From positions 3,008,001 through 3,072,000 of the forward strand of contig OY759729.1 in NCBI GenBank assembly GCA_963662585.1: a DNA stretch of 64,000 nucleotides. Reading direction: 5' to 3'. Shown one piece after another: positions 1 to 10,158 of the stretch. Position 1 is the first letter of the stretch. Each line of letters opens with the position of its first letter. The notes below the pieces were generated by a model. That model had not been told where the DNA came from and did no database searches. It saw only the letters and a list, made by a program, of their open reading frames with translations. Origin of the DNA: Candidatus Cloacimonadales bacterium (lineage in GTDB: Bacteria; Cloacimonadota; Cloacimonadia; Cloacimonadales; JAFGVF01). The translations under genes were made by a program, and so were the position numbers.

Positions 1-59
1 CAGGGCATTTTCCTGCCCAAGCTGCAGATTCATAGCCACAATTGCTACAAACAAAACCA

Positions 60-1151
60 CTACTCATTTTCTTTCCTTTTCATAATTTCTTTATTGGAGC
101 TCATAAACAGAGCAATATGTTTTGATTTCTTTGATGATTCTAAGGCTATTTTAACTGTCATGGTTAGAGGAACAGCTAGTAGCATCCCAGCAAAGCCAAA
201 GACCCAGCCCCAGAATAGCAAGGAGATAAAAACTATAATTGTTGATAGACCTAAAGAGTAGCCCATTAATCTTGGTTCTATAATATTGCCAATGATAATG
301 TTAGTGGCTAGATACCCCAGAGCTACAAGTCCTGCATGTCCTGGTCCTAATTGAACTAAGGCTATTAAAATGGCAGGTAATGAGGCAATAATGGAACCGA
401 TAGTTGGGATAAAGTTTAAGAGAAAGGCTATAAGGCCCCATAAAAGAGGAAAATCTATACCAAGAATTGATACCCAGATAGTTATAATGATGCCTGTTCC
501 TAAGCTGATAAGAGTTTTGAAACCAATATATCTTCTGAGGCTTAATAAAAATTTATTCACAGACTTCTTAGTATCAGGATTTGCTTCTGCCAGTATATTA
601 AGTTTATATTTAAAACTACCTGTTTCAATAAGCATGAAAATCATGGCGATTAAGATAAGAAAGATGTTTTTAAAGATACTTTGCAGACTTCCCAAGATAA
701 AAGTTGACCAGCTCATTAAAGTTGCAGGTGAAATGTAACTTGCTACTTTCAAAGTAATATCTCTCATGGTAACACCAGCGATTTCTGCAGTATCTCCTAA
801 GTCATTTAAATTTTGATCAATAAAGGTCTGATTATACCACTCGGTAAGATTCTTTTCGTAAACTCCTGTCTTTTGAGTAAATTCATTTATTGAATTACCT
901 ACAACTGTTCCGATTAAGGCAATAATCCCTATGACAAGAACAACTACGACTATCAGGGCTATAGATTTAGGGAATTTCTTTTTGATAAGCCATTCCATGG
1001 GATAGGCTACTACAGATGCTAAGAATAGTGCAAGAATTAATGGAACTAAGATCGATTGGGCTTGCTGGAGTCCATATATCAAAACAACAATTGCTATTAC
1101 ACTTAGAAAACCCTTAATTCTAGATAATTGATAAGTAATCTCTTTTCCCAA
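60..1151 (-). CDS. AI-2E family (PerM/TqsA-like) membrane transporter
   Basis: 363 aa polytopic membrane protein with LLNFIPTIGS, GNIIEPRLMG and SLLFWGWVFGFAGMLLAVPLT signatures. TTG start preceded by GGAGGAG. Confidence 0.9.
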   Translation of the reverse strand: MGKEITYQLSRIKGFLSVIAIVVLIYGLQQAQSILVPLILALFLASVVAYPMEWLIKKKFPKSIALIVVVVLVIGIIALIGTVVGNSINEFTQKTGVYEKNLTEWYNQTFIDQNLNDLGDTAEIAGVTMRDITLKVASYISPATLMSWSTFILGSLQSIFKNIFLILIAMIFMLIETGSFKYKLNILAEANPDTKKSVNKFLLSLRRYIGFKTLISLGTGIIITIWVSILGIDFPLLWGLIAFLLNFIPTIGSIIASLPAILIALVQLGPGHAGLVALGYLATNIIIGNIIEPRLMGYSLGLSTIIVFISLLFWGWVFGFAGMLLAVPLTMTVKIALESSKKSKHIALFMSSNKEIMKRKENE

Positions 1152-1270
1152 TTCTCCTCCGAAATAATTTTTTCTAATAATGAAAAAAGCTCATTATTTA
1201 GTCAAGTAAAACATAAAGTACTGGTCAATTACTCTGATACAGGAGAAGAAAAGAATAAATATATTGAGGA

Positions 1271-4200
1271 CTAATCTAATGAAATAGCCTGATTTATAAC
1301 TTTTAATAATTCTAATTTTTTGTATGGTTTGCCTAAATAATAGTCACAACCTTCAGTGAGAATTCTCTCTTTATCACCACCCATAGTATAGCCAGTTACT
1401 GCAATAATTGGTGTAGATGTGTTTTTGCTATTGCATTTTATAGCTTTAGCTGCAGTTAAACCATCAATACCATCACCAAGATGAATATCCATTAATATTG
1501 TATCGTATTTCTTCTTTTCGGCTAAGATAATGGCAACTTCTCCACTAATGGCTAAATCGGTTGTGAATTCTTTCTTGAGAATAGAAATAGCTAATTTTTG
1601 ATTTATTACATTATCTTCCACGATGAGCACTTTGGGTTTATATGTTTGTGGCTTAATGGATAACTGCTCTTCAACTTCTAGGAAATCCTTGTAAATGGAG
1701 TCACTAATACTAACTCTAGGTAGAGCAATAGTAAAAGTTGAACCTTCTAATAGAGTACTTTTAACACTAATTTCTCCTTGCATTAAATCTATAATTCTCT
1801 TAGAAATGGTAAGTCCTAAACCTACACCTTCAAAGGCTCTATTGTAGCCTTCGCTTGCTTGTCTAAATTCAGAGAAGATAACTTCAAGAGATTCTTGAGG
1901 AATACCTATTCCACTGTCAATAACATCAATTAATATTTCCTTATCTTTAGCGGAACAGATTAATTTTACTTGGCCTTCGTGAGTAAACTTAAGAGCATTA
2001 TTGAGGAGATGAATAAGTGCTTGGGATAGTAATTTCTCATCTAGTTCTGCATATAGATTAGCTTCTATATCTACTATGAAGTTCAATTTCTTATCTTTAA
2101 ATTGTTGAGCATAAAGAGAAGTTATATCACTCAGAACAGTACTTATATTTGTTAATTTAGAGTTAATTTTTTTCTTCTTATTAATATCCTCTAACTCATT
2201 TAACAGCATAATTGAATCTAAAACATGATTAAGTCTGATCGCAGAAGAGTAAATCATCGAAGCCATATTTCCAGTTTCAAATTGATCACTAGTTTTTTGT
2301 AACAACTCTGAAAATCCTACAATACCATTTAGAGGTGTTCTGAATTCATGGCTGATGTTTTTGAGTAAATTAGATTTGAGTAAATTAGAAATTTTAGCCT
2401 TCTTCTGTTCTTCTCTTAAGTCATTTTCTAACTTAGCTTTATTCTCTAAATTAACAAGCAATTCGGCAAATACAGCTAGTAATGTCTGTTCAGATTCACT
2501 ATAAGGATATGGTTTTTTTACTGAATCAAAGCCAACAAAACCAATACATTCGTTATTATTCATTAAGGGAATTGTTATCAGACTTTTAATACCTTGTTCT
2601 AAAAGAATATTTTGAACTATAGGATATTCATTTAACTTGGAAACATCCTTTATAAAAATTGTTTTGCCTTGTTTATGGGTCTCTGGCCAGTATTCCATTG
2701 TTGATAAAGCTACTTCTTGTAAATTATCAATTTCAGGAGTGATTCCCTCTGCCACCCATTCATAAGTGTTTACACTTATCTGCTTATTCCAGTCATAATC
2801 AAATATATATGCACGATCTGCTTTCACAAAAGTAGCCAGACTTGCTAATGAATCATTTATTGAATTATTAATCTCATTAGTAGGTATATTTATATATTTA
2901 ACTGCCATGGAGGTTAAAATAGAATGAAGCTTTAGCTGGCGATCTAATTTCTTTTCTACCACTATCTGCTTGGTAATATTGCTGATATTGGCAATAATTG
3001 CGACTGGATCACCATTCATATTGCGTAAAAACTTAGAATGTATCGAAGTAAAGAGCATTTTCTTTTTTTTATTATATAAGACTAATTCATTTTTATTGGT
3101 TCTACTTTTATCTGTTGATGTCTTATCTTGCTCTAATTCTAAAGCGATTGCTTCTCTAATTTCTTTAACAGCGATGATTGGGTACCTTTCCTCCATACTC
3201 AGTTTTATATATTCTTCAGGAGTATATCCAGTTAATTTCTCTATTGAAGGACTAATATATTTGATATTAAAATCAAAATCAGCAGTAAAAACAACATCAG
3301 TCATATTGTTAGTTATCTGTTGTAAGTTATCCTCTCTTTCTTCAATATGTTGATTTAAATTTAAAAGTTTCAATCTTGAATGGGCTAAACTTGTAATAAT
3401 CTTTATTAAATCACTATAGTAAGAGGAAATAAGTTCAATTTTATCTCTGTCTAAGCGAGGAGCCTTGTCTAAGGCTGAAAGATATTTCTCTTCATCTATT
3501 CCAAACTCTTTAGCCTGTTTACGGAAAACTTCTCTTTCAATAACTTCATCTTCATAGAAAAATTGTCCGATAAAAAGATTAGCTAAATGCATTTCTGCGA
3601 CAAATATCGGGGTTACGGCATCATGCATGTTGTTGAGACACTTATAATGCCTTACTTCATTTTTTTTTATCCCTTTGGTTAGTGTGAGATCACTTTCAAT
3701 ACATCTTTCCCAAGCTAATTTATTTTTTCTATGATAAATTCCACAAATTTCTGTCATTCCGATTGAGGAGAGGATATTACCTTGTAAATCAACAATCCCA
3801 ATAGGAATTTTATTGAAGTCATAGAACTTCTCCATAAGTTTGTGTAATTCTTCTAAATCGATAAAATCTTCCAACTTAAGCTGTTGATCTTCACCTTTTC
3901 TAGTAATTAAGGAATCTGTTTTGTTAGTAATCATCTCTTTGTGGGATAAATCCTTAATATGCACAATAATGCCATTAATACCGACAACATGTAGGCGATT
4001 GCTTGCTTTGGCTTCTATTTTAATGTAATTAGTATTAGCGGTTTGTATTCTACATCTCAAGCTTAATGTTTTAATAGTGTTATTTTTGAGCTGTTGAAAT
4101 TTTTCAACAACCAAGGGCAGATCCTTGGGATGAATTACCTCAAAAGGGTGAAGGCAAAGTCTTTTATCTGGGGCATAGCCTAAAATAGCCTTAGTCGCTG

Positions 4201-4675
4201 GGCTTGAAAACAATGGTGTAAAGTTTTCATCTATAACTGTAATTGCATCCGAGGAATTTTCTAATAAATGATAGTATTTTTCTAGATCTGAGTTCTCATT
4301 TTGGTCTATAATATTTATCTTTTCTTGAAAAGTTAAATGAAGTCTTGCTCTATTGTCACTTTGTGGTATTAATTTAAGGTCAATATATTTAGCATAAGTA
4401 GGTAGAAATAATCTTTCTTTAATTATTTCTCCCTGCTGAGTAATAAGATAATACTTCTTAATATTATCGGAAGTTAGAAGTTCTGCTAAAACTTCTTCTT
4501 GCTCGGATTTTGCTTCTTGTGAAAAAGTCTTTGAATCAGCATCTCCCAAAGTTATAGTATTAGCGTCTGATACAATTTTGTAATCTATAAAATTGTTTTC
4601 TAAGTTTAAAAAAATTATTTCGAAATCAATATCGCTCATCTGAAAAACTTCTTGCTTGTTACCACTATTTATCAT
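1271..4675 (-). CDS. Cytoplasmic hybrid sensor histidine kinase (PAS, PocR, PAS, GAF, HisKA, HATPase, REC)
   Basis: H-box NISHEFRTPLNG, N-box LLNNALKFT, DSGIGI, GVGLGL and receiver LIVEDN...ILMDIHLG...KPY. PocR-like segment ICGIYHR...CIESD...HYKCLNNMHDAVTPI...LFIGQF. No TM helix evident. Confidence 0.9.
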   Translation of the reverse strand: MINSGNKQEVFQMSDIDFEIIFLNLENNFIDYKIVSDANTITLGDADSKTFSQEAKSEQEEVLAELLTSDNIKKYYLITQQGEIIKERLFLPTYAKYIDLKLIPQSDNRARLHLTFQEKINIIDQNENSDLEKYYHLLENSSDAITVIDENFTPLFSSPATKAILGYAPDKRLCLHPFEVIHPKDLPLVVEKFQQLKNNTIKTLSLRCRIQTANTNYIKIEAKASNRLHVVGINGIIVHIKDLSHKEMITNKTDSLITRKGEDQQLKLEDFIDLEELHKLMEKFYDFNKIPIGIVDLQGNILSSIGMTEICGIYHRKNKLAWERCIESDLTLTKGIKKNEVRHYKCLNNMHDAVTPIFVAEMHLANLFIGQFFYEDEVIEREVFRKQAKEFGIDEEKYLSALDKAPRLDRDKIELISSYYSDLIKIITSLAHSRLKLLNLNQHIEEREDNLQQITNNMTDVVFTADFDFNIKYISPSIEKLTGYTPEEYIKLSMEERYPIIAVKEIREAIALELEQDKTSTDKSRTNKNELVLYNKKKKMLFTSIHSKFLRNMNGDPVAIIANISNITKQIVVEKKLDRQLKLHSILTSMAVKYINIPTNEINNSINDSLASLATFVKADRAYIFDYDWNKQISVNTYEWVAEGITPEIDNLQEVALSTMEYWPETHKQGKTIFIKDVSKLNEYPIVQNILLEQGIKSLITIPLMNNNECIGFVGFDSVKKPYPYSESEQTLLAVFAELLVNLENKAKLENDLREEQKKAKISNLLKSNLLKNISHEFRTPLNGIVGFSELLQKTSDQFETGNMASMIYSSAIRLNHVLDSIMLLNELEDINKKKKINSKLTNISTVLSDITSLYAQQFKDKKLNFIVDIEANLYAELDEKLLSQALIHLLNNALKFTHEGQVKLICSAKDKEILIDVIDSGIGIPQESLEVIFSEFRQASEGYNRAFEGVGLGLTISKRIIDLMQGEISVKSTLLEGSTFTIALPRVSISDSIYKDFLEVEEQLSIKPQTYKPKVLIVEDNVINQKLAISILKKEFTTDLAISGEVAIILAEKKKYDTILMDIHLGDGIDGLTAAKAIKCNSKNTSTPIIAVTGYTMGGDKERILTEGCDYYLGKPYKKLELLKVINQAISLD

Positions 4676-4903
4676 AATTATTGAAACCTTTTATTATAGA
4701 TTATATCATTATTACTATGATAATGATTTAGTCAAATACTATCAAACATGCTCAAATCTAATATTTTATTGTAATAGTGTCAATATAAAAAAGAAAAAAA
4801 TAATTTTGCCTAAGTCTGGTGTTTGCCCAAACAAATAATATGTTAAACTTCAAGAATATACTTTATAAAAATCAGTTAATCTTATAATATATTATGGCTT
4901 TTT

Positions 4904-4938
4904 CATCTTACTGGGAAGGCTTGCATCCTTGCAGGCAT
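4904..4938. repeat. Dispersed palindromic repeat (CTGGGA-tagged REP-like unit)
   Basis: catcttactgggaaggcttgcatccttgcaggcat. Its reverse complement closely matches the units at 52251-52345. Stem gcttgca/tgcaggc. Confidence 0.75.
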
Positions 4939-5054
4939 TTGCAAAATTCAGGCAATTATTATAAGATATGTCTCTTTCAGTGATTATTTTTCTTGTCCTT
5001 GATTGAGTTATAAGAAAGATTCTCTATATTACATCTCTAGAATCTCGATTAGTG

Positions 5055-8000
5055 TTATTGTAGTGCTTTCTCAATAATTTCTAAGAGCTGAGTTTTATTA
5101 TATGGTTTGCCTAGGTAATCACTACATCCTTGCTTGAGAATTTGTTCTTTATCTCCTAGCATAGTATAGCCTGTTACAGCGATAATAGGGGTTTGTTTAT
5201 AGCGAAGGTCATCTCTAATAATCTTTGTAACTTCTAGTCCATCTAAACCCTCACCTAGATGAATATCCATTAAAATAGCATCATATTGCTTTTGAGTAAT
5301 CATAGAAATTGCACTTTCTCCGTCAAAAGCAGAATCTGTTTGGTAATATTTTCCTAGGATTGAAGTAGCTAATTTTTGGTTTACTTTATTGTCTTCTACG
5401 ATTAGAATATTTGCTTTATCTTCATTTGTGTGATTTGATTTTTCTGCTGAAGTTCTCTTTGTAGATTTTTTATCTGATTCTAATGCTTCGGTGTTTTTTT
5501 GATTATCTGTTATAAAAGGTAGAAATATAGTAATTTTAGTTCCCTTTTCAAGTTCACTTTCTAAGGAAATCTCACCTTGCATTAGTTCGATAGCTCTTTT
5601 GGCAATAGGTAGGCCTAATCCACAACCTTCATAAGCCCGATTATAGCCTTCACTTACCTGTCTAAAGTCACTAAAGATAATTGCTTGAGATTCTTTTGGG
5701 ATTCCAATTCCTGTATCTTCAATAATAATTTCAATGTGACTAGTTGGACTAGTCTGAGTACAGGATATTTTTACTGAACCTGTTCTAGTGTATTTAATAG
5801 AATTATTGATAATATGAATTAGTGCTTGTTTGAAAAGATTATCATTTATTCTTACAGTAATATCTGGCTGAAGTTCAGTAATTAAGTCTAGACCTTTTTG
5901 GGTAATCTGACTTTGATATTGATTAGTTAATGACAGTAAGAAACTACTTAGGTTTATCGGTTCAAGGTTTATTAGTTTAGTTTCTGTAAGGGATTCTAAT
6001 TGAGAAAGAAGCATTATTGAATCTAAGACATAATTCAGTCTAATCCCTGAAGTGAGTATCATACTGGCCATTTTTTGATATTCAGTATCAATTGGTTTGT
6101 TTTGAAGAAGTTCGGATAAGCCAATAATTCCATTTAAAGGAGTTCTGAATTCATGGCTAATATTCTTCAGCAAATTGGACTTTAATTTGTCAGATTCTGT
6201 AGCTCGCTCTTTCTCTAGAATAAGCTCTTTACTTAGATCAATTCTATTGGTAATATTAACTAAGAGATGGGCAAAAATCTTGAGTACAGTAATCTCATTA
6301 TTGGTATAGTGCTTATGATTTTCAACTGAATCAAAACCTACAAATCCGATACAAAGATTATTATTCATCAAAGGAACAGAAATTAAACTTTTGATTTTTT
6401 GCTGGGATAAGAATTCTTTCCTATCATCATCGTCAGCAAGTTGTGTAACATCATCAATAATTATTGTTTTTCCTACTTTGTGATCATCATTCCATTCTTG
6501 CATTGCTGCAATAGGGACATCTTGTAAGTTATCAATTTCAGGTTTAATTCCTTCTTTACACCATTCATAAGTATTAGTAACAGTTCCTTTCTCCCAATCA
6601 TACTTAAAAATATATGCTCGGTCAGCTTTAGCAAAAAGGGCAAACTCTTTTAAGGAATCAGAAATGGACTCTTTTATTTTATCAAGAGGTATGTTAATAT
6701 AATGCATGGCTATTGAGCTTAGTAGTGATTGAAGTTTAAATTGAGTGTTTAATTTTTCTTCAGCTTTCTTCTTCTCAGAAATATCCCTGGCTGAACCAAT
6801 TATACCTATGGGTTCTTTATTCTCATCTCTTAATAGTTTCGCATGAAGAGATAGGTCTATTAAATCCCCATTATTATTATATTCCTGAATCTCAATTAGT
6901 ACATTCTGATTTTCATCATTAGGGGATTCAAGAGCTTTACTTAAAGCATTTTTCATAGCTTCTATTGAAGAAGCAGGGAATTTTTCTTCCAGTGTCTGTT
7001 CTTTATATTCTTCTGGAGTTAAACCAAATAGTTTCTTTACTGAAGGACTGATGTAAGTAACATTTAAATCTAAGTCATAAATAAAAAATGCATCTGTCAT
7101 GTTGTCTGTAATTTGTACAAGTTTCTCTTCTCTTAGCCTAAGCTGGTTTGCAGTTCTAGCTTGTTTAATCTGAGCATAAGAGAGAGCGGTAATTTTGCTA
7201 AGGAAGTCTCTATAATAGCTAGAGATTTTAACTAAATGCTCTTTATCTAACTTAGGCAATTCATAATAAGCCTTAATATAAGCTTCTTTATCAAAACCGT
7301 AAGTATTTGCTAGTTGCCTTAATGACTCTTCGTAGTTGTTAGTATCATTAGATAATCTAAATTGGCATATATTAAGTGAAGCAATCTGTTCTCCTCCCAC
7401 ATATATTGGGCAAACCAAGTTCCAGATATTATTCAAGCATTTATGTAATTTACTCTCTCCAATCTTGAGATTTTTAGTGTTGTGTATATTACTTTCAAAA
7501 CACTTACTTAGTGACTTACTTTTTGCTAAATGGAAATCATTGCACAATCTAGACATTCCAATTGAAAAGAGAATATCTCCATTTTTATCTATTAAGGTTA
7601 CCGGAATATTGGTAAAATCATTAATAGTCTGGAACATATCTTTTAACTCTTCAATATTAATCAAATCCGATAGTTCAAGGTCTGATAACTTACCTTCAGG
7701 AGCAATTATAGCATCTAATTTCTTCTGAATCAACTTTTGGCTTTTTGTTAGCTTCTCTTCAGCTTCTTTCAAAGCTGTAACATCATTCACAATTGCTAGA
7801 GCTTTTTCATCATTTATAATAGAAAGAGTGCATTCAAAATAACCCATCTTCTGTGATTGGTTCTTGAATTGATAAGAAATTGGCTCGACTTCTTTATTAA
7901 GTTTTAACATCTTTAGCCCTGAAACTACTCTTTTAGAAAGGTATTCAGGAAGCAAGGAGGATATTTTTTTACCTAAAAAATCCTTAGGTTGTATAGCTAG

Positions 8001-8870
8001 CTTGGAAGTATTAAAGGATTTAAAATCTAAAAATGTTCCTTGATAATCCATTACAAAAATCATATTAGGAATAGCTTTAAAAAGTGACTCTAAGTAAAGC
8101 TTATTTTCAATTAACTTTTTTTCATTAGTTTTTTGGTGGCTAACATCTAGAGCATTTATTACTATACCATTTATTCCTTCTTCATCCAGCATATTTTTGG
8201 CAACAAAGTGCATATAAAGGTAACCGTGATTTCTTTTCAGAATTCTTATGTCTGCACTTGTCTCATTATTAGGGCCCTTCATTATATTGTTAATGATTTC
8301 TAAGGCTAGTCCTCTGTCTTCAGGATGAACATAATTTATTGTCTCATCAAGTTGAGTATTATCCTTTTCGATAGCAAATATTCTTTTTGCTTCTTGATTA
8401 TAATGTTTTATTTTTAAGTCTTTATCGAGAATGAACATCAAATCAAAAGTACTATCTAAGATTTTAGCAAAATTAGTAGAAATTCCAACTTGCTTTAATC
8501 CTTTATTTTTTTTGGGAACTGATACCAAGGTGAGACTTAAGAGATCTTTAGAAACTGGTTTGAATTTCATTATAAAACTTCTTTTAAAGGTGTCACAATA
8601 CTGCTCAAATTCCATAAAACTATTATTTATCAGTACATTATAATAGGATTTTAATCGCTTTTGAGAAAAAAGTTCAGCTTCCAATTCTGCACAGAAAATA
8701 AAATCCTGGTTTTCAGAATAAGTATCTTTTGATAATAAGTTTTTAAAATGAAAATTTGCAAATTCTATTTGATAGGAATAACTTTGTTTAATCTTATCTT
8801 TAGCTATTCTAATTTCAGCATAACCTATTGGAAGCGAGTTAATATCAATATTTGGAACATCTCTCATCAT
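5055..8870 (-). CDS. Cytoplasmic hybrid sensor histidine kinase (PAS, PAS, PocR, PAS, GAF, HisKA, HATPase, REC); paralog of the adjacent kinase
   Basis: NISHEFRTPLNG, INNSIKYT, DTGIGI, GCGLGL, ILMDIHLG. Shares KADRAYIF.YDW...NTYEW and QITxNMTD blocks with 1271..4675. Confidence 0.9.
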   Translation of the reverse strand: MMRDVPNIDINSLPIGYAEIRIAKDKIKQSYSYQIEFANFHFKNLLSKDTYSENQDFIFCAELEAELFSQKRLKSYYNVLINNSFMEFEQYCDTFKRSFIMKFKPVSKDLLSLTLVSVPKKNKGLKQVGISTNFAKILDSTFDLMFILDKDLKIKHYNQEAKRIFAIEKDNTQLDETINYVHPEDRGLALEIINNIMKGPNNETSADIRILKRNHGYLYMHFVAKNMLDEEGINGIVINALDVSHQKTNEKKLIENKLYLESLFKAIPNMIFVMDYQGTFLDFKSFNTSKLAIQPKDFLGKKISSLLPEYLSKRVVSGLKMLKLNKEVEPISYQFKNQSQKMGYFECTLSIINDEKALAIVNDVTALKEAEEKLTKSQKLIQKKLDAIIAPEGKLSDLELSDLINIEELKDMFQTINDFTNIPVTLIDKNGDILFSIGMSRLCNDFHLAKSKSLSKCFESNIHNTKNLKIGESKLHKCLNNIWNLVCPIYVGGEQIASLNICQFRLSNDTNNYEESLRQLANTYGFDKEAYIKAYYELPKLDKEHLVKISSYYRDFLSKITALSYAQIKQARTANQLRLREEKLVQITDNMTDAFFIYDLDLNVTYISPSVKKLFGLTPEEYKEQTLEEKFPASSIEAMKNALSKALESPNDENQNVLIEIQEYNNNGDLIDLSLHAKLLRDENKEPIGIIGSARDISEKKKAEEKLNTQFKLQSLLSSIAMHYINIPLDKIKESISDSLKEFALFAKADRAYIFKYDWEKGTVTNTYEWCKEGIKPEIDNLQDVPIAAMQEWNDDHKVGKTIIIDDVTQLADDDDRKEFLSQQKIKSLISVPLMNNNLCIGFVGFDSVENHKHYTNNEITVLKIFAHLLVNITNRIDLSKELILEKERATESDKLKSNLLKNISHEFRTPLNGIIGLSELLQNKPIDTEYQKMASMILTSGIRLNYVLDSIMLLSQLESLTETKLINLEPINLSSFLLSLTNQYQSQITQKGLDLITELQPDITVRINDNLFKQALIHIINNSIKYTRTGSVKISCTQTSPTSHIEIIIEDTGIGIPKESQAIIFSDFRQVSEGYNRAYEGCGLGLPIAKRAIELMQGEISLESELEKGTKITIFLPFITDNQKNTEALESDKKSTKRTSAEKSNHTNEDKANILIVEDNKVNQKLATSILGKYYQTDSAFDGESAISMITQKQYDAILMDIHLGEGLDGLEVTKIIRDDLRYKQTPIIAVTGYTMLGDKEQILKQGCSDYLGKPYNKTQLLEIIEKALQ

Positions 8871-8934
8871 TTTTCCTTAAGCTTAGTCTTCTATTATCGG
8901 CTCGATTTATAATAATATTTTCAATTTCTAACAA

Positions 8935-8962
8935 ATTATGCTTTCTTAAAGAATATTGTCAA
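8935..8962 (-). promoter_or_regulatory. Putative sigma70 promoter of the kinase pair
   Basis: TTGACA (8962-8957), 16 nt spacer, CATAAT (8940-8935) on the minus strand, 65 nt before the start codon. Confidence 0.55.
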
Positions 8963-9379
8963 ACTTTTTTTAGATTATCTTTCTAAATTAGCTTAAGGCT
9001 TATCTTATTGCCTATATATTCTCCTTCTTTGCTCCTTCTCACTCAAGACAATAATTATTTGATTTTCAATTGTGATGACAGTAAAGGAGTAGAGAAAGAT
9101 GAAAGAAAACAAGTAAAGAAATTGAAAAGTTGAAAAAGAGTAGGCCATAAAAATAATATCGATAAAAATATATTTTATGAGGCCTAATCTCAGAAAAATG
9201 AAAGAGATTAAAAAAAATAATATCAGAAAAAAGCCTATTAAATAAAGGGAAAATAATCTATTAATATAAAAATATCGAAAAAGTATTGACACAAAAAGCG
9301 ACTATTGTATTACTGACATATCGATATATCAATAACGAAAAAGTAAATGGAATTATTAACTCAAGAGAAGGAAGAAATT

Positions 9380-9667
9380 ATGACTATAACAGTTTGTGCC
9401 GGAAGTTCTTGTAGCCACAGAGGCTCTCAAAAAGTTGTGGAGTACTTAGTTAATTATATCAGCATAAATTCTTTGCAGGATAAATGGAAGCTGAAAGCTT
9501 CATTTTGCATGAAAGATTGTGGAGAGCACTTTTGTGTTCAGATAGACGACTTCCGTCTAAAATTCCTTCCAAATGCAGACTATAAAAGGTTTTTTAAAGA
9601 ACTTCATAAGACAAATGACTTACCTAATATACCTGGTGTAACCTGGAGGAGACAAGATGATAAATAG
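9380..9667 (+). CDS. Thioredoxin-like [2Fe-2S] ferredoxin protein (HfsA-like)
   Basis: MTITVCAGSSCSHRGS...ASFCMKDC four-Cys pattern. ATG 9380 follows AAGGAAG (the ORF track starts at 9347). Confidence 0.8.
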   Translation: MTITVCAGSSCSHRGSQKVVEYLVNYISINSLQDKWKLKASFCMKDCGEHFCVQIDDFRLKFLPNADYKRFFKELHKTNDLPNIPGVTWRRQDDK

Positions 9668-10157
9668 TAAATCACTCGCAGAAAAAATCATTGAAAAAGA
9701 TCCAAATGGATTAGTTGTTGTTGATGATGAATTGAGAATTGTGCAATTTAATAAAGCATTTCTCTCTATCTTCAATATTGTGCCAACCCATAAGATAATT
9801 GGGGAGAATGTTAATGATGTTTTGATGCAAGAAATCTTTCCTGGCAATGATATTACTAAAGAAAATGGCTCGGTAAAACATCATCATCGTACAGGAAAAT
9901 TCGTTAAGGCTGTTACTTTCAGAATAGATGAAGAAGACTTTTCAGCTTGTTTCTTTGTCAATATTACAGACTCTTTCCATAACAAAAGAAAACTTCAACT
10001 TATGAAAACAGAAACTATTAAGAAAGCTCAAGCTGTTATAGATAATCAAATGAGAGTAGCTCAGGAGATTGCAAGTTTACTTGGTGAAACAACAGCAGAA
10101 TCAAAAGTAACATTACTTCAATTAATGGATATTCTTAAAGAAGAAGGGGAGATTTAA
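9657..10157 (+). CDS. Stand-alone PAS-domain protein matching the C-terminal part of sensory [FeFe]-hydrogenases (HydS/HfsB)
   Basis: IIEKDPNGLVVVDDELRIVQFNKAF PAS start. C-terminal AQAVIDNQMRVAQEIASLLGETTAESK tail. No H-cluster or Fe-S Cys motifs. Confidence 0.8.
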   Translation: MINSKSLAEKIIEKDPNGLVVVDDELRIVQFNKAFLSIFNIVPTHKIIGENVNDVLMQEIFPGNDITKENGSVKHHHRTGKFVKAVTFRIDEEDFSACFFVNITDSFHNKRKLQLMKTETIKKAQAVIDNQMRVAQEIASLLGETTAESKVTLLQLMDILKEEGEI

Positions 10158-10158
10158 A

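Noticed and set aside
9005..9292. 95 aa minus-strand ORF
   Set aside because: Phe/Ile/Leu-rich translation of an A-rich divergent promoter region; starts within the TTGACA box; no RBS.
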